DNA from: Malacoraja senta
Lineage: Eukaryota
Assembly (NCBI GenBank): GCA_038087875.1
Contig: CM075989.1
Span: 10,478,001-10,542,000, forward strand
DNA: 64,000 bases
Direction of reading: 5' to 3'
Shown here: one piece after another, positions 61,201-64,000 of the stretch
Layout of the letters: every line of letters begins with the position of its first letter
How positions within the stretch are numbered: the stretch's first letter is position 1
Translations under genes and position numbers: made by a program
Notes under the pieces: model-generated
The model's database searches: none
What the model was told of the DNA's origin: nothing
Seen by the model: only the letters and a program-made list of their open reading frames with translations

Positions 61201-61344
61201 CTGAGCATCAAGTATCCGGTCGATAAGATTCTATGAAGAGAATAAAGTAAAATATTACCATATTTAGCTATGGTAAAACAAGCTGAATAATGAATTTGTT
61301 GCTAATATGGTAGGAGAATGCGATGTGAAGATTTAGTGGGCTCG

Positions 61345-61527
61345 ATCTTTCCTCAATCATCGTTGCTTTTTATATATCTTTCATTCATTTGTTCTTTATC
61401 ATTCTATATCACCATCTATATCTCTCGTTTCCCTTTCCCCTGACTCTCAGTCTGAAGAAGGACCTATTCCTTTTCTCCAAAGATGCTGCCTGACCCGCTA
61501 AGTTCCTCCCGCATTTTTTGTCTATAA
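61345..61527 (+). mobile_element. Penelope-like pLTR fragment with hammerhead internal deletion
   Basis: Aligns to 53690-53892. cagtctgaagaagg|acctattcc lacks stem II through the cleavage site. Confidence 0.8.
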
Positions 61528-62442
61528 ACAGGTACAAAGGTTGACGCACCAAGAGGTGAGTTTCTGTGGATATGGCCGAGGGCTCATGTCCAGAGTCTGT
61601 GTTAGAATGGCTGAGATGCAAAGGGCTGAGACATCGCACTACTTCCAGCAACTCTTTCTTGTTAAGAACCAAGTTGCTTGCATCAGTTGTATATATAACT
61701 GAGTTACAGTCAGGCAGATTTCTGCAAACTTCATTCTTTATATGTTTTGCAGCTTCAAGCCAATTGAAGGGTGTTTTTGAACTGAATCATATAATCCAGT
61801 AAATTGTAGACTGCAAGACTTGGCAGCGCATGGGATGTCTTTGTTTTAATGATAGTTCTCCCCTTGCCAAGTTGCTAGCAACAGGAGTGGAAGTGGCTGT
61901 GAGCTTAAACATAAAGTTTATAAATGGCCTGCATTATTTTCTCAAAGATATATCATTTTGAGGTGGTTTGACAAAATAAAGCTCAGGAGCAGACAGAGTC
62001 TTTCTGTGATTCACAATTCTAGTTATCTGGTGAAAATTACCAGCTACTAACTGTGGAGTATATCTATTGCCTAAACAACGATACAAAGAATGCACCCTTA
62101 GAAGTGTGCTTGTGATTTGGATATGTTTGGAACTGTGGAATAGGGCCCTTCACTTGTGCATGGCCTTGCAAGCCATGGCTATCAGCCTGCAAAAGCCACT
62201 CTCCATTTTAGATATCTGCTCATGGGTTTGTTTTTATATGATTTGTGCGCCTGGCATGGAGCTTTGCATACCAGGAATATGCATCAGGAATTTGAGAGTG
62301 GAGGACAATGTGGACCTCTTCGTAAGCATGGGGATGGTCATGTAGAGTGTACTAACCTCTGGACCTGTAGTCCCAATACACACACCCATTAATGGCACCC
62401 ATTGGTACACCAAACCCAAATTTCTCCCACTGATGGACCCTG

Positions 62443-62725
62443 CTTTAGACTTTGGAGATACAGCGTAGAAACAGGCCCCCTTTGGCCCACCGGGTCCACG
62501 CCGACCAGCGAACTACCCTACACACTAGGGGCAAACTTACCGAAGTCAATTAACCTACAAACTTGTACGTCTTTGGAGTGTGGGAGGAACCCAGAGCACC
62601 CAGAGAAAACCCACGCAGTCCCAGGCAGAACCAATAAACTCCATACATACAGCACCCTTAGTCAGGATTGAACCCAGGTTTCTGGCACTGTAAGGCAGCA
62701 TCTCTACCGCTGTGCCACCATGCCA
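62443..62725 (-). mobile_element. HE1-type V-SINE
   Basis: Same structure as 23185-23505. Confidence 0.88.
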
Positions 62726-63179
62726 CTCTTTTAGTTCCAGTTTCCAAAGGTTGGGGTTCAGCACTGACTTCTTCACTGGTGAAGATTAATCCAAGAATGT
62801 GAGTCCTCCTGCAGAGGCTTGAGCATAAGAATAGGGTGTCAGTTCTGGGAGAGTGTTGCTCTTTAGGAGGTGCTGTTCCTCAACTAATCCATTAAACCAA
62901 AGTCCTTACTGCACACTCAAGTGGGTAGTTTTGATTCCAACTGAGTGATGAGGAGGAAACGGGGGTATTCTCTGAGCTGAGTTCGGAAGTTCAGAGAATG
63001 GTCAAACCTTCAACTCAAGATGCAAACCCCAAACAGAATCCCATTTATAATTCCCACTGACAACTGGGAGAACACTGCGCTCACACCTTGCTCTCCACCC
63101 TTCTCAGTCTGGAAAAGCCAGGTCAAGGATGTTGTATTGATCCGGTGAACCAGAAGGACAATGGGCCAGTGTGAGAAAG

Positions 63180-63690
63180 GTTGGGCTTCCTAGGAAAGAT
63201 GTTGTCAAGCTGGAAAGGGTACAGAGAAGATTTATGAGGATGTTGCCAGGACTGGAGGGTCTGAGCTATAGGGAGAGGTTGAGTTGGCTGGGACTCTATT
63301 CCTTGGAGCGCAGGAGGATGAGGGGTGGTCTTATAGAGGTGTATAAGATCATGAGAGGGATAGATTGGATAGATGCACAGAGCCTCTTGCCCAGTGTAGG
63401 TGAATTGAGGACTAGAGGACATAGGTTTGAGGTGACTGGGAAAAGTTTTAATAGGAATCTGAGGGGTAACTTTTTCATACAAAGGGTGGTGAGTGTATGG
63501 AACAAGCTGCCAGTGGAGGCTGGGACTATCCCGATGTTTAAGAAACAATTAGAAGGTACATAGATAGGACAGGTTTGGAGGGATATGGACCACACGCAGG
63601 CAGGTGGGACTATTGTAGCCAGGATATGTTGGCCGGTGTGGGCAATTTGGGCTGAAGGGCCTGTTTCCACACTGTATCACTCTGTGACTC
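63180..63690 (+). mobile_element. CR1 LINE 3' fragment
   Basis: ORF 63171..63563 RKDVVKLERVQRRFMRMLPGLEGLSYRERL...QRVVSVWNKLP, then tail gggcctgtttccacactg. Confidence 0.92.
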
Positions 63691-64000
63691 CTCCATGCCA
63701 CTGCTAAGTACTACTGAATGGCTAAATTTAACAAGCCTATGTTAAAAAATGGAATGGCCATCACTGAAACAAACCTCTGGTCATTCATTTCTTTACCATT
63801 TGTGAGATCTTGCTATGCACAAATTGACTATCCTATTTCCCACAATTCAACAACAATTGCACGCTTTAGAAGTATTTAATTGACAATAAAACATTTGCAA
63901 TGTAAATTGGCTTTGGGATGCTGTGAAAAGTATATAGGTGAGGGTTGATGTGGGGGATTAAAATGTCTCTCAAAATTCCTGAAATGTTTGCATTAGTAAT

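Noticed and set aside
1-64000. A novel multi-gene system, operon, CRISPR array or prokaryotic defence locus
   Set aside because: The sequence is eukaryotic repeat-rich DNA. There are no long ORFs, no regularly spaced repeat-spacer array and no gene-dense region.

Overview
This is non-coding, repeat-rich vertebrate DNA, not prokaryotic. The repeat repertoire (HER1/CR1 LINEs with CATAGAAA-type tails, HE1-type V-SINEs, Deu-domain SINEs, Penelope/Neptune fragments) points to a cartilaginous fish, most likely a skate or ray. I can support no intact host protein-coding gene, rRNA, tRNA gene or CRISPR array. Every recognisable ORF is a broken retroelement fragment: CR1 RT, Rex1/Babar RT, Tx1 C-terminus, Penelope GIY-YIG and possibly a Gypsy protease. 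The window reads as a large intron or gene desert with several AT-rich, homeobox/Fox/Sox-site-dense unique blocks that may be enhancers. The most interesting signals are: (1) many short, often fold-back Penelope-derived insertions carrying minimal hammerhead-ribozyme motifs, with truncation and inversion breakpoints clustered at the ribozyme; (2) a four-copy CpG-rich non-autonomous retroposon family with a covarying 3' hairpin, a G-tract and a Rex1-type tail; (3) one very young tRNA/CORE-like SINE resembling teleost AFC-type SINEs, a horizontal-transfer candidate; (4) two PIF/Harbinger MITEs with exact TWA target duplications; (5) twin HER1 fragments with the same 5' truncation point. Family names come from recalled consensus features, not database searches, and boundaries of old repeats are approximate. 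I see no evidence of a new multi-gene system.
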